Source of the DNA: Acetofilamentum sp.
GTDB taxonomy: Bacteria; Bacteroidota; Bacteroidia; Bacteroidales; JAFGUD01
Length of the DNA stretch: 32,856 nt
Reading direction: 5' to 3'
NCBI GenBank assembly: GCA_020722645.1
Contig: DYKL01000004.1
Span: forward strand, 1-32,856
In this document: one piece after another, positions 1-8,945 of the stretch
Position numbering within the stretch: position 1 is the stretch's first letter
Layout: each line of letters starts with the position of its first letter
Position numbers and translations under genes: made by a program
The notes under the pieces: model-generated
What the model was told of the DNA's origin: nothing
What the model saw: the letters and a program-made list of their open reading frames with translations, nothing else
Databases searched by the model: none

Positions 1-49
1 TTAAAATTTATATCACACTTTTTCTCGTTTTTATTTTTTTTAGTGGCAC

Positions 50-355
50 TTAACGGTCATAAATCAATATTTTGCTGTTTTCAATATTTTGGGCAAGAAT
101 TGGATTTGATATTCTTTGGTCGGTTAATAAATCTACTTTTCTGGAAAAAAGAGACTCCAATTCGTCCCAGATAGCTAAGATATTTTCACCTTTTTGTTCA
201 GGAGACATTTTTTCGAGATGTACAATTAAATCAATATCACTTCCCTTTCGAAAATTTCCTTTTACAACAGAGCCAAAAGCATATAACTTATCGACTTTAT
301 ATTTTTCGCATATAAGTTCTAACTTTACGTAATAATTTCTAAAAAAATCTTTCAT
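50..355 (-). CDS. Minimal nucleotidyltransferase (MNT/MntA-type antitoxin of HEPN-MNT systems)
   Basis: 101 aa with the motif FGSVVKG...SDIDLIV (GSx10DxD) and RKVDLLT, typical of MNT domains. Confidence 0.85.
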   Translation of the reverse strand: MKDFFRNYYVKLELICEKYKVDKLYAFGSVVKGNFRKGSDIDLIVHLEKMSPEQKGENILAIWDELESLFSRKVDLLTDQRISNPILAQNIENSKILIYDR

Positions 356-370
356 TTCTTTTATACAAAT

Positions 371-527
371 GAGTTTAGTCTATAAAGTTCATAAAGTTGA
401 AAATTCATAAAGTTAATGCATTGATTATCAGAAAATTATATTAATTTTTGAAAAATTAATTATACTACTGATAATCAGCTACTTATGATTGATATCCTAT
501 AATGTTTATACTTTTTAGACCTGACTC
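371..527. mobile_element. 157-bp imperfect palindromic MITE/REP-like element
   Basis: Terminal inverted repeats 371-388/510-527 (14/18 match); nested perfect 10-bp inverted repeats 422-431/468-477 and 440-449/451-460; flanking direct repeat ACAAAT at 365-370 and 528-533; related copy at 32207-32355. Confidence 0.6.
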
Positions 528-587
528 ACAAATATTAATTAAAAAAATTAAACTTAAAAACATTATATTGGTTTTCGAATTTATAGT

Positions 588-2027
588 CTAAATTTTGGGG
601 TTAAACTTTAAAACACTAAAAGCCCCTTTAACTGCATACATAAATTCCTGTAATGAACGAATCTCTTTTAGTTTATTTATTACTGTAATTGGTCTTAAAT
701 AAAATCTTTTAAATGATTGTTTTATCGTTTTAAATAAAAATTGTTCAGAAACAATTTCTGTCCAGTATTCTACTTTAAAATTTTCATAAATTTCAATTGG
801 ATTTTCTGCAAATTCAAGCCAATAATCTTTTGAAAATAAACCTTTTTCAAGTCCTTCCAAATAAGCTTCGGTAAAAGGATATGGAACCAAAACACTATAC
901 TGGGCATAATTTAAACCAATTTTTCTTGAAAATCTCAAAGTTTCTAATATATCTTCTTCCGTTTCGTCCGGTAAGCCAATCATAAAATTACCAATAGTTG
1001 TTATTTTAGCTTTTTTGCACCATTTAATAACTTTTTTAATTTGTTCGGTTGTTATACCTTTTTTAATACGTTTCAATGTTTTTTCAACACCTGATTCAAT
1101 ACCGAATTGTATTCTATGAATATTTGCAGCTTTGACTTCTTTTATCAACTCTTCGGTAATGGTATTTATACGACCTCTGAAACTCCAATCGATTTTAATT
1201 TTTTCATCTTGCAAAGCTTTTGCAAAATCTATTACCTTTTTGGGCTGTAGTGCAAATAAATCATCAAAAAAGAATATTTCTTTATAACCTAAATCAAGTA
1301 AATATTTTATTTCTTCAATAATGTTCTTTGTGGAACGACTTCTATATTGTTTACTAGGACAGTAGCAATAAGTACATTTGAAAGGACAACCTCTTGAAGA
1401 CATGACGGTTGCAACCATTTTATTTCTACCAACAATACTTTTATACAAATCCATTGGCAATAGAGTTCTGTCAGGAATTGGTAAAATGTCTAAATTTTGA
1501 ATAAAAGGAATATTAGAATTATAAAAAATTTCATTATTTTTTAAAAAGCCGATACCTTGTATTTTTGATAATTCTTCATCATTTTTATTATTTTGCAATC
1601 CATCAATAAGTTCTAAAAATGTAAATTCAGCTTCACCGTTTAAAATAAAATCGATATTAGGATATTTAATACTTTGTTTAGGATAAAGAAAAGTATGATG
1701 TCCACCAATTATAACATAAATTTCAGTATTCAATTCTTTCACCAATTTTGCGGTATCCAAAACATCAATAATTGATGTAGTAAAAGTTGTTATACCCACG
1801 GCAAAAGGATTAAACAATAAAATTTCAGACTTAATTTCTTCAAAGTCATATTTCATTGGAACACAGTCCAAAATTTTAACTTCGTAAGCATTATTTTTCA
1901 GCACTGTTGCCAAATACATCAAACCAAGCGGAGGATAATATCCTATAATATCAATAAAATCGTCTTCAATTCCGGCAGCAACAACATTTTTCTGTGGAGG
2001 ATTTATAAGTAAAATTTTATTATTCAT
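588..2027 (-). CDS. Cobalamin-binding radical SAM protein (class B / BchE-like)
   Basis: N-terminal B12-binding region (YPPLGLMYLA, IIGGHH, GEAE), SRGCPFKCTYC CxxxCxxC, FFDDLF, GIESG, FMIGLP. Start moved from TTG 2054 to ATG 2027 (MNNKILLINPP). Confidence 0.9.
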   Translation of the reverse strand: MNNKILLINPPQKNVVAAGIEDDFIDIIGYYPPLGLMYLATVLKNNAYEVKILDCVPMKYDFEEIKSEILLFNPFAVGITTFTTSIIDVLDTAKLVKELNTEIYVIIGGHHTFLYPKQSIKYPNIDFILNGEAEFTFLELIDGLQNNKNDEELSKIQGIGFLKNNEIFYNSNIPFIQNLDILPIPDRTLLPMDLYKSIVGRNKMVATVMSSRGCPFKCTYCYCPSKQYRSRSTKNIIEEIKYLLDLGYKEIFFFDDLFALQPKKVIDFAKALQDEKIKIDWSFRGRINTITEELIKEVKAANIHRIQFGIESGVEKTLKRIKKGITTEQIKKVIKWCKKAKITTIGNFMIGLPDETEEDILETLRFSRKIGLNYAQYSVLVPYPFTEAYLEGLEKGLFSKDYWLEFAENPIEIYENFKVEYWTEIVSEQFLFKTIKQSFKRFYLRPITVINKLKEIRSLQEFMYAVKGAFSVLKFNPKI

Positions 2028-2040
2028 AAATATACATATA

Positions 2041-2065
2041 AAAAAAGTCTGCAAAAGCAGACTTT
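2041..2065 (-). terminator. Intrinsic terminator downstream of the 922-aa sensor gene
   Basis: On the minus strand AAAGTCTGC-TTTT-GCAGACTTT forms a 9-bp stem that ends in a U6 run, 3 nt after the stop codon at 2069. Confidence 0.7.
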
Positions 2066-2068
2066 AAT

Positions 2069-4837
2069 TTATCTGATTCCATGTTTTTTAAATAAATCTA
2101 CATATTTTTTATCAGTAACAGTAACGTGTTCAGTAACCCAAGATTTCAAAAGAATAATCAACTGAAATACAGAATTTTTGCTACCACCAACGTATTCAGT
2201 AAACAATTCAATTACCCTGTTAACAAATTTTTGATGATTAATATGATGATTATCAAAATCCTGATAATTAAATTCTTTCATATACTTTTCTTCAAAACCG
2301 AAGTGATAATCTGTATAATCCATTAATTTTTTAAAAATTTCATTTAAAGCGATGTCTTTATCATCACTGTTTAATACTTCATAAAGCTTATTAATAAATT
2401 CAATCCAGCGTTTATGCTGATTATCAATCATTGATATACCTAACTCAAATTTTGGTCCCCATTTAATAAGTTGTTTTTTGTCTATATCTATATTAGTCAG
2501 CGGTATATTATTTTTTTCAAGTAACTCTGTATATTTTTCGATAAGCATAGAGTTTTGAAAATCTTTTTTAGCAAGCTCATTAATAAATTCTTGGCTCATA
2601 TCAACTTTTTTAGCAAATCGTTCAGTGTCTTTTAAGAACAATACCATTCTCATGTCTTCTTCTTTTTCTGCTTCGATAATCATCATTTCAAGATGGACTT
2701 TTTGAGTTTTACCATCTTTTATTGTGATAATAAAATCTTTGCCTTTATCATGTTTAATTTTCTCCATATTTTCGAACAAAAATTCACAAAGTTTAGCATC
2801 TTTTGCTTCAGGTGGTTTCAGTAACAATTTTTCAACATTTAGTCCAAGTATTTCCATTTCGTTATACCCCCATAAATCTTCTGCCGCTATATTAACAAAA
2901 TCAATAATCCCGTCTCTTTTAATTATCAAAACGGCTGTCATCATAAAATTCAATATTTCAAGACTTTGTTTCTGACTTTTAGATATTTGTTTGATTTTTG
3001 TATCGTTTTCCTGTGTAAGTTTCTGAATTTCTAATTTTTGTATTTCGTCTTTGTACTTAATTTGTTTATTAGCTTCTTCAAGGTCTCTAACTAAATTTCG
3101 TAAATTATCTTCATTTTTTCTTCTTTCATCGTGAGCTTTTTTAAGTTCATCAATTGTAGAACGCATCGCCGTTTCCTGTTCTTTCATTTCAGCCGCCTGA
3201 ATCTGGAATTTTTCGAGTAAATCAGTAGTTTGAGCAGAAATACGAACAGATTTAAGAGTAGATCCGATACTTTCAGCAATTTTTTCTACAAGCTCAATTT
3301 CATATTGATCAAATGTTCTGAACGAAGCCAATTCAACCACACCTAAAACTTCAGTATCTACTTTTAAAGGAACAATAAGAATACTTCGTGGATTTGCAGC
3401 ACCTGTTCCTGATTTAATTTCTATATAATCTTCGGGAACATCAGTCATATAAACTGTAAATTTTTCGACGGCAACAGCACCAATTAAACCCTCGCCAAGT
3501 TCAAGTTTCTTTTCAATAAATTTTTCTCTGTTCCACGCGTACGCAGAAAGAATATCCAAATAAATATGTCTTTTATCTTCATCATTTAATAAAAATATAA
3601 CACCTTGATTACAGTTCAAAAATTTAACTAAATTTGAAATAACTTCACTTCCTAATTTTTTCAGATTATGTTGATTTTGTCGAAGAATATCAGAAAATTT
3701 AGCCAAACCGTCAGCAGTTCTGCTTCTTCTGTAGTCTTCCAGTTTTCTGTTTTCTTCTTCTCTTTTAGCAGACAACAAACTTTCGCGAAGTTGAATCAGA
3801 GAATTCCCTAAAACGTCTGTATCACTAGCAGGATAGAATTTATAATCAAAATTACCGCCTGAAATTTCCTTTGCAAATTCAGCCGAATGCTTTAAATTTG
3901 TAACTAAAGACTCTAAAGATTCAACGATAAGTCCAATTTCATCAGTCCTGTCTTTATCTATGTTTTTAGGAAATTTTCCTTTGGATAAGTTAAGAATTAT
4001 TTCATTGGTTTCTGTAAGTGGTTTAATAACATTACCTGAAATAACGAAACTTATAATCAGAATAAGAATTAAAGAAACAGAAAAAATAATAGCAGTTGAT
4101 ATTATTGTATTTCTTCTTGCTCCTGTTATCAATTGTTCATCTTTGTTTGTTTCTTCCTGAATATTATATGATATTTTGTCTAATGAAAAAGTTTGTGATT
4201 TAATTTTATTTGTAATAAAAACAGTAATATCATTTATTGATTTTTCGTAAACACTTACCAATTCTTCAACAACCTCATCTTTATCGGTATATTCTTCGTC
4301 GTAAGACGTAACAATAACGCCAATATGCTGCTGTTCGTTAACTAACCTTTCGTAATCATCTTTAATTTTTTCGGGATGAATAATTAAATATTTGTACTCA
4401 ATTAATTTGTTTACAGATAATTTGATATTATCATTGTATATCCCTTCGTATTTAAACAAAGTATCATTAAAAGAGGAAAGGAAATTTATAGTATTTTGAT
4501 CTTTTAAATTTTTAATGTCAATATTTTCGAGTTCGATAAAAACAGAAGAAATATCAATGTCAAGAGATTTGAACTCGTTGGAATTTTTTACAAAGTCATC
4601 ATTGTTATTAGAATTGGCAATTTTTGCCATTGTTGCATCTAATTTAAAATACAAATTCTGTAATTTTATAAAATTGTTTTTGTATAAAGTCAGAACATAT
4701 CTGTCTTCATAATTTTTCTGAATTTTTACAATTTTATTAAACTCAATTATTCCAATGCCTAACGAGAGAAAAAGAGTAAATAATAGCCCAAAAATAATTT
4801 TATTTTTTATACTGATATTGTCAATAAAAGTTGCCAT
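2069..4837 (-). CDS. Membrane sensor: 2 TM + periplasmic helical domain, HAMP, GAF, coiled coil, PAS, C-terminal bacteriohemerythrin
   Basis: Hydrophobic segments at about aa 13-32 and 245-270; HAMP (VIKPL...DEIGLIVESLESL); GAF (GEGLIGAVA, SILIVPLK, VLGVVELAS); PAS (GIIDFVNIAAEDLWGY); hemerythrin ligands IDNQH, HFGFEE, HHINH, HVTVTD. Confidence 0.85.
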   Translation of the reverse strand: MATFIDNISIKNKIIFGLLFTLFLSLGIGIIEFNKIVKIQKNYEDRYVLTLYKNNFIKLQNLYFKLDATMAKIANSNNNDDFVKNSNEFKSLDIDISSVFIELENIDIKNLKDQNTINFLSSFNDTLFKYEGIYNDNIKLSVNKLIEYKYLIIHPEKIKDDYERLVNEQQHIGVIVTSYDEEYTDKDEVVEELVSVYEKSINDITVFITNKIKSQTFSLDKISYNIQEETNKDEQLITGARRNTIISTAIIFSVSLILILIISFVISGNVIKPLTETNEIILNLSKGKFPKNIDKDRTDEIGLIVESLESLVTNLKHSAEFAKEISGGNFDYKFYPASDTDVLGNSLIQLRESLLSAKREEENRKLEDYRRSRTADGLAKFSDILRQNQHNLKKLGSEVISNLVKFLNCNQGVIFLLNDEDKRHIYLDILSAYAWNREKFIEKKLELGEGLIGAVAVEKFTVYMTDVPEDYIEIKSGTGAANPRSILIVPLKVDTEVLGVVELASFRTFDQYEIELVEKIAESIGSTLKSVRISAQTTDLLEKFQIQAAEMKEQETAMRSTIDELKKAHDERRKNEDNLRNLVRDLEEANKQIKYKDEIQKLEIQKLTQENDTKIKQISKSQKQSLEILNFMMTAVLIIKRDGIIDFVNIAAEDLWGYNEMEILGLNVEKLLLKPPEAKDAKLCEFLFENMEKIKHDKGKDFIITIKDGKTQKVHLEMMIIEAEKEEDMRMVLFLKDTERFAKKVDMSQEFINELAKKDFQNSMLIEKYTELLEKNNIPLTNIDIDKKQLIKWGPKFELGISMIDNQHKRWIEFINKLYEVLNSDDKDIALNEIFKKLMDYTDYHFGFEEKYMKEFNYQDFDNHHINHQKFVNRVIELFTEYVGGSKNSVFQLIILLKSWVTEHVTVTDKKYVDLFKKHGIR

Positions 4838-4857
4838 ATTGATGTTTTTTAACCAAA

Positions 4858-4865
4858 CAAAGTTA
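4858..4865 (-). promoter_or_regulatory. Bacteroidota -7 promoter element for the sensor gene
   Basis: TAACTTTG on the minus strand (TAnnTTTG consensus), 20 nt upstream of ATG 4837. Confidence 0.5.
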
Positions 4866-4899
4866 TTAAATTAAATAAATAATTAAAAATATTTTTTAT

Positions 4900-5877
4900 T
4901 TATTTTTTTCTGAATATAACGAAATCGACCAATAAATCTAATGATTTTTTTGTATCCGAATTACTAAAATTGCTATTTAGAATATTTTTTGCTGTTTTGA
5001 CAAATTGTAATAAAACATTTTCAGAATATTCTATACCGCCTTTTATTTTGACAAAATTATGAACAAATTTAATGTCATCATTAGTTTTTGTTTTTTTAGC
5101 CAATATTTTCCGAATTTTTCTTTGTTCATCTTTCTGTGAATTTTTTAAAGAATATATCAAAGGTAAAGTAATTTTACTTTCCTGAATGTCATTTCCATAA
5201 GGTTTCCCTACCAAATATGTTTGTTGATAATCGAACAAATCGTCCTTAATCTGAAAAGCCATACCTAAATTATAACCAAATTTTCTGATGTCAGCAAGAA
5301 TTTCTTCATTATCTGTAACAGATTTTGCACCGGATAGAGAAGAAGCTATTAAAAGACTTGCCGTTTTCTTAGAAATAATATCAAAATATTCATCTTCTGT
5401 AATATTCAACCTTCTAACCTTTTCTATTTGAATTAATTCGCCTTTTGCCATATCCTGGACAGCATCCGAGACAATTTCAAGAACATCAAATGCTTTATAT
5501 CTTACAGAAATAAGTAAACCCTGAGCTAAAAGATAATCGCCGACCAGTACAGCTAATTTTGATTTCCATAATGCTTTTATAGAAAATGAATTTCTTCTGA
5601 TTTGAGAATTATCAACAACATCATCGTGAACTAAAGTAGCTGTATGCAATAATTCTACCAAAGAAGCAGCAACGTAAGTTTTTTCATTAATTTTACCTAC
5701 TAATTTCGCACATAATAACACCAAAATAGGTCTAAGTTCCTTTCCTTTATTTTTTAAAATATAATTCAATACAAAGGTTAACAACTTCTTGTCTGACTTC
5801 ATTAAATCTTTAAAAAAAGTTTTAAAATATAAATATTCTTGTTCAATTGGAAATTTTATTTCATCTAATACAGACAT
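4900..5877 (-). CDS. ispB: Polyprenyl (octaprenyl-type) diphosphate synthase
   Basis: GKELRP, ELLHTATLVHDDVVD, KKTASL, AFQIKDDLFD (two DDxxD motifs). Confidence 0.9.
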   Translation of the reverse strand: MSVLDEIKFPIEQEYLYFKTFFKDLMKSDKKLLTFVLNYILKNKGKELRPILVLLCAKLVGKINEKTYVAASLVELLHTATLVHDDVVDNSQIRRNSFSIKALWKSKLAVLVGDYLLAQGLLISVRYKAFDVLEIVSDAVQDMAKGELIQIEKVRRLNITEDEYFDIISKKTASLLIASSLSGAKSVTDNEEILADIRKFGYNLGMAFQIKDDLFDYQQTYLVGKPYGNDIQESKITLPLIYSLKNSQKDEQRKIRKILAKKTKTNDDIKFVHNFVKIKGGIEYSENVLLQFVKTAKNILNSNFSNSDTKKSLDLLVDFVIFRKK

Positions 5878-5904
5878 TTAATTTATTTTCATTATTTTTG
5901 AAAC

Positions 5905-5928
5905 CAAAAGTAAAAATTTTTATATTTG
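5905..5928. promoter_or_regulatory. Back-to-back -7 elements for ispB (minus) and the EEP gene (plus)
   Basis: TACTTTTG on minus at 5905-5912 and TATATTTG on plus at 5921-5928, between divergent genes. Confidence 0.55.
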
Positions 5929-5979
5929 TTGCTTTACTTTTTTAAAAATAATATAATAATAAAACTAAATCTATTAAAA

Positions 5980-7236
5980 ATGAAAAAATTAACCGCTCTT
6001 ATATGTCTAATAATCAATGTTTTTACATATTCAATTTCACAAAATCCAAGTATAAAAATTTTGCAATATAATTTATTATATTTCGGTTTATATGATGATG
6101 GTTGCGACCAAACAAACAATAATATAGATGATAAATGTGATTATCTTAAAACTATTATAAATTATGCAGAACCCGATATTTTCGCTGTAAATGAAATTTA
6201 TAAAAATGATAATGTACACGAATATTTATGGACAAAAGTTTTTGCTTTGAATAATTTAAGCTATTATGATTATGGAGAAGTGAAAGGTTCGCATTTAACT
6301 TCGCAGGTTTTTTACAACACAAATACCCTAAGACTAAAAGTAGAAAACACAATTTATACATCTCCAAGAAATATTCACGAATATGTTTTTTACTATAATT
6401 CACCTGATTTATTAACAGGAGATACTGTCTTTTTTTCTTTGTTTGTGGCACATTTAAAAGCCGGTGATGAATATGAAAACGACAGAGCCGAATCTGCCAA
6501 CAGTTTAATGAGTTATATATATTCCAACGATTTAAAAAATTACATTCTTTCAGGCGACTTAAATTTATATGGTTCATCAGAACAAGCCTATCAATATCTG
6601 ACAAATTATGCACAATCATCTTATAGTTTTAAAGACCCATGTTCTTCAGGCGAATGGCACGAAAATTCAAATTATGCAGATTATCACACACAATCTACTT
6701 CATATTCCGGAACAGATTGCATGTCAAGTGGAGGATTAGATGACCGATTTGATTTTATACTTTTTTCCCCTGCAATACAAAACGGCACTTATGATATGGA
6801 ATATGTTACAAGTTCTTTTACAACAATCGGTCAAGATGGTGAACATTTTAATGACGGAGTAACATATAATGGAAACAGTTCAGTTCCTGCAAATGTTTTG
6901 ACAGCATTGGCAAATAATTCAGACCATTTACCTGTTTCAGCTATTTTTTCTTTTAATCAAACATCGGCATTTCAGTATAATGAAAAAATATATCAGGATA
7001 TTAAAATACAAAATCCGGCTAATGATTATTTAAAAATTTTTATATCCGACAATAGACTAATCTCGAACAATTTGAAAGCAGAAATCTACAAAATTGACGG
7101 CACAAAAATAAAATCTTATAGTATAGAAAATTTTGAACATAAAGAAAATATTTCCTTTTTATCAGCCGGAATTTATATTATTTCGATATATGATAATTCA
7201 AAATTTTACGGCACAACAAAACTTATAAAACAATAA
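5980..7236 (+). CDS. Secreted endonuclease/exonuclease/phosphatase (EEP) family protein with T9SS type A C-terminal domain
   Basis: Signal peptide MKKLTALICLII; catalytic motifs QYNL, VNE, AHLKAG, GDLN, RFDFIL, SDHLPV; C-terminus LSAGIYIISI...KLIKQ. Start moved to ATG 5980, downstream of the promoter element. Confidence 0.85.
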   Translation: MKKLTALICLIINVFTYSISQNPSIKILQYNLLYFGLYDDGCDQTNNNIDDKCDYLKTIINYAEPDIFAVNEIYKNDNVHEYLWTKVFALNNLSYYDYGEVKGSHLTSQVFYNTNTLRLKVENTIYTSPRNIHEYVFYYNSPDLLTGDTVFFSLFVAHLKAGDEYENDRAESANSLMSYIYSNDLKNYILSGDLNLYGSSEQAYQYLTNYAQSSYSFKDPCSSGEWHENSNYADYHTQSTSYSGTDCMSSGGLDDRFDFILFSPAIQNGTYDMEYVTSSFTTIGQDGEHFNDGVTYNGNSSVPANVLTALANNSDHLPVSAIFSFNQTSAFQYNEKIYQDIKIQNPANDYLKIFISDNRLISNNLKAEIYKIDGTKIKSYSIENFEHKENISFLSAGIYIISIYDNSKFYGTTKLIKQ

Positions 7237-7238
7237 AA

Positions 7239-8858
7239 TTATTCAAAGAGATTTGTAAAACTAAATTTTTCGACATCAAACAAACCTTTGTCGCTAAGTT
7301 TTAATTTAGGAATTACTAATAAAGACATAAACGAGAGAGTCATAAAAGGAGCTTTTAATTTTGTTCCAAACTCTTTGACTCTCTCGTTTATTTTTTTATA
7401 AATATCAATTACCTGTTCCGGATTTGCAGATGACATCAGACCGGCAATGTCAAGTTTTAAAAAATCAATATCATCTTGATTTGCAACAACAACGCCTCCT
7501 TTTATTTCAATCAATTTATTGATAGCATTAACAATGTCTGAATCATTTGTGCCTACAGCAACAATATTATGACTATCATGGGCAATACTTGTTGCCACCG
7601 GACCTTTCCTAAAGCCAAAACCATTGATAAAAGCAACTACAGGTTTGGTGTTTTTTTCATATCTGTTTAAGATGATCAGTTTTAAAATATCGTCATTAAT
7701 ATTCGAAACAATCTCACCGGTATCAGTTTTTATTTTAAAAGAATCTGTTATTAATTCCCCATCAATTGCTTTTATGACATTCATTTGTTTTCCATCAGAA
7801 AAAACTTTGATATCATCTGTGTTTATTTTCGATACATTAAAAACATTTAATGCATCAATTTTGTTTGAAGAAATTATTTTTCTGTTTGAATCAAAAACAA
7901 TTTTCCCGTTAATAACTGTTTTTAAAACATTAAAATTTTCCATGTTATCAACCATAATAAAGTCAGCCTTATCCCCTACCTTAAGCATTCCAATATCATT
8001 AAGTCCGTAATGTTTGATAGGATTAAAAAAGACGGCTTTATATATATTATTCATAGAAACGCCCTTGTTCAACAATCTTTTTACGATCACATCAATGTAT
8101 CCGTTTATTAAATCGTCAGGGTGAGAGTCGTCAGTACACAACATAACTTTATCCGGAAATTCATTGACAAGGGACCAAAGAGCATCAAAATTTTTAGCAG
8201 CGCTTCCTTCTCTTATTTGAATCATCATTCCCTTTTCTATTTTTTCTTTTGCTTCGGGATAAGAATACGCTTCGTGGTCAGTTGAAATTCCGGAGGCGAT
8301 ATATTTATTTAGAGCTTCACCCGTTAAGCCGGGAGCGTGTCCATCAATTTTTTTATTGTATTTTTTTGCCACAGATATTTTTGCCAACACATCACTATCT
8401 TCGTTCAGGGCACCGGGAAAATTCATCATTTCGCTTAAAGTAACGACCTTTGGATTCCTAATTAATTTTTCAATAATTAGCGGATCGAACACAGCTCCAG
8501 ATGTTTCAAAAGGAGTAGCAGGCACGCAAGAAGGTACTCCGAAATAGATTTTCAAATCAGTGTTTTCGGCATCATTAAGCATAAATTCAAAACCTTTAAC
8601 GCCCAACACATTTGAAATTTCGTGTGGGTCAGTAACTACAGCTATCACTCCTTTTCTGACAGCTAATTCCGCAAAACGACTCGGGATAAGCATCGAACTT
8701 TCGATATGTACATGCGAATCGATAAGCCCTGGCAAAATTAGTTGAACAGCACCCTCTTCTTTTTTTATATTTACGATCTTCCCATTTTCAAAAAAGATTC
8801 TCGACGATTCAAAAAACTCTTTTTCAAAATTGTAAATTTTTCCAAAAACGTTTTCCAT
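7239..8858 (-). CDS. ade: Adenine deaminase
   Basis: PGLIDSHVHIESS, DPHEISNVLG, EMMNFPG, DGHAPG, TDHE, REGSAAKN, CTDDSHP, AHDSHN. Confidence 0.95.
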   Translation of the reverse strand: MENVFGKIYNFEKEFFESSRIFFENGKIVNIKKEEGAVQLILPGLIDSHVHIESSMLIPSRFAELAVRKGVIAVVTDPHEISNVLGVKGFEFMLNDAENTDLKIYFGVPSCVPATPFETSGAVFDPLIIEKLIRNPKVVTLSEMMNFPGALNEDSDVLAKISVAKKYNKKIDGHAPGLTGEALNKYIASGISTDHEAYSYPEAKEKIEKGMMIQIREGSAAKNFDALWSLVNEFPDKVMLCTDDSHPDDLINGYIDVIVKRLLNKGVSMNNIYKAVFFNPIKHYGLNDIGMLKVGDKADFIMVDNMENFNVLKTVINGKIVFDSNRKIISSNKIDALNVFNVSKINTDDIKVFSDGKQMNVIKAIDGELITDSFKIKTDTGEIVSNINDDILKLIILNRYEKNTKPVVAFINGFGFRKGPVATSIAHDSHNIVAVGTNDSDIVNAINKLIEIKGGVVVANQDDIDFLKLDIAGLMSSANPEQVIDIYKKINERVKEFGTKLKAPFMTLSFMSLLVIPKLKLSDKGLFDVEKFSFTNLFE

Positions 8859-8870
8859 ATTTTTGTTTTT

Positions 8871-8886
8871 TGTTCCACGTGGAACA
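8871..8886. promoter_or_regulatory. parS: parS centromere-like site (ParB/Spo0J binding), copy 1
   Basis: Perfect palindrome TGTTCCACGTGGAACA matching the widespread parS consensus TGTTNCACGTGNAACA. Confidence 0.9.
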
Positions 8887-8923
8887 TTTTTAATTGAATT
8901 TTTATTTAAAATAAAACAAAAAA

Positions 8924-8939
8924 TGTTCCACGTGGAACA
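8924..8939. promoter_or_regulatory. parS: parS site, copy 2
   Basis: Identical TGTTCCACGTGGAACA; palindrome extends to 24 bp (8920-8943); 53 bp from copy 1. Confidence 0.9.
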
Positions 8940-8945
8940 TTTTAA

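Noticed and set aside
588-5877. ispB + hemerythrin sensor + B12 radical SAM as a quinone or lipid methylation cluster
   Set aside because: Known menaquinone methylases (MenK/MqnK) are HemN-like class C enzymes, not B12-binding; the sensor has its own promoter element and terminator; only co-orientation supports the link
8871-8939. Two identical palindromic repeats with a 37-bp spacer resembling a mini CRISPR array
   Set aside because: Repeat is only 16-20 bp, has two copies, matches parS exactly, and no cas genes are present
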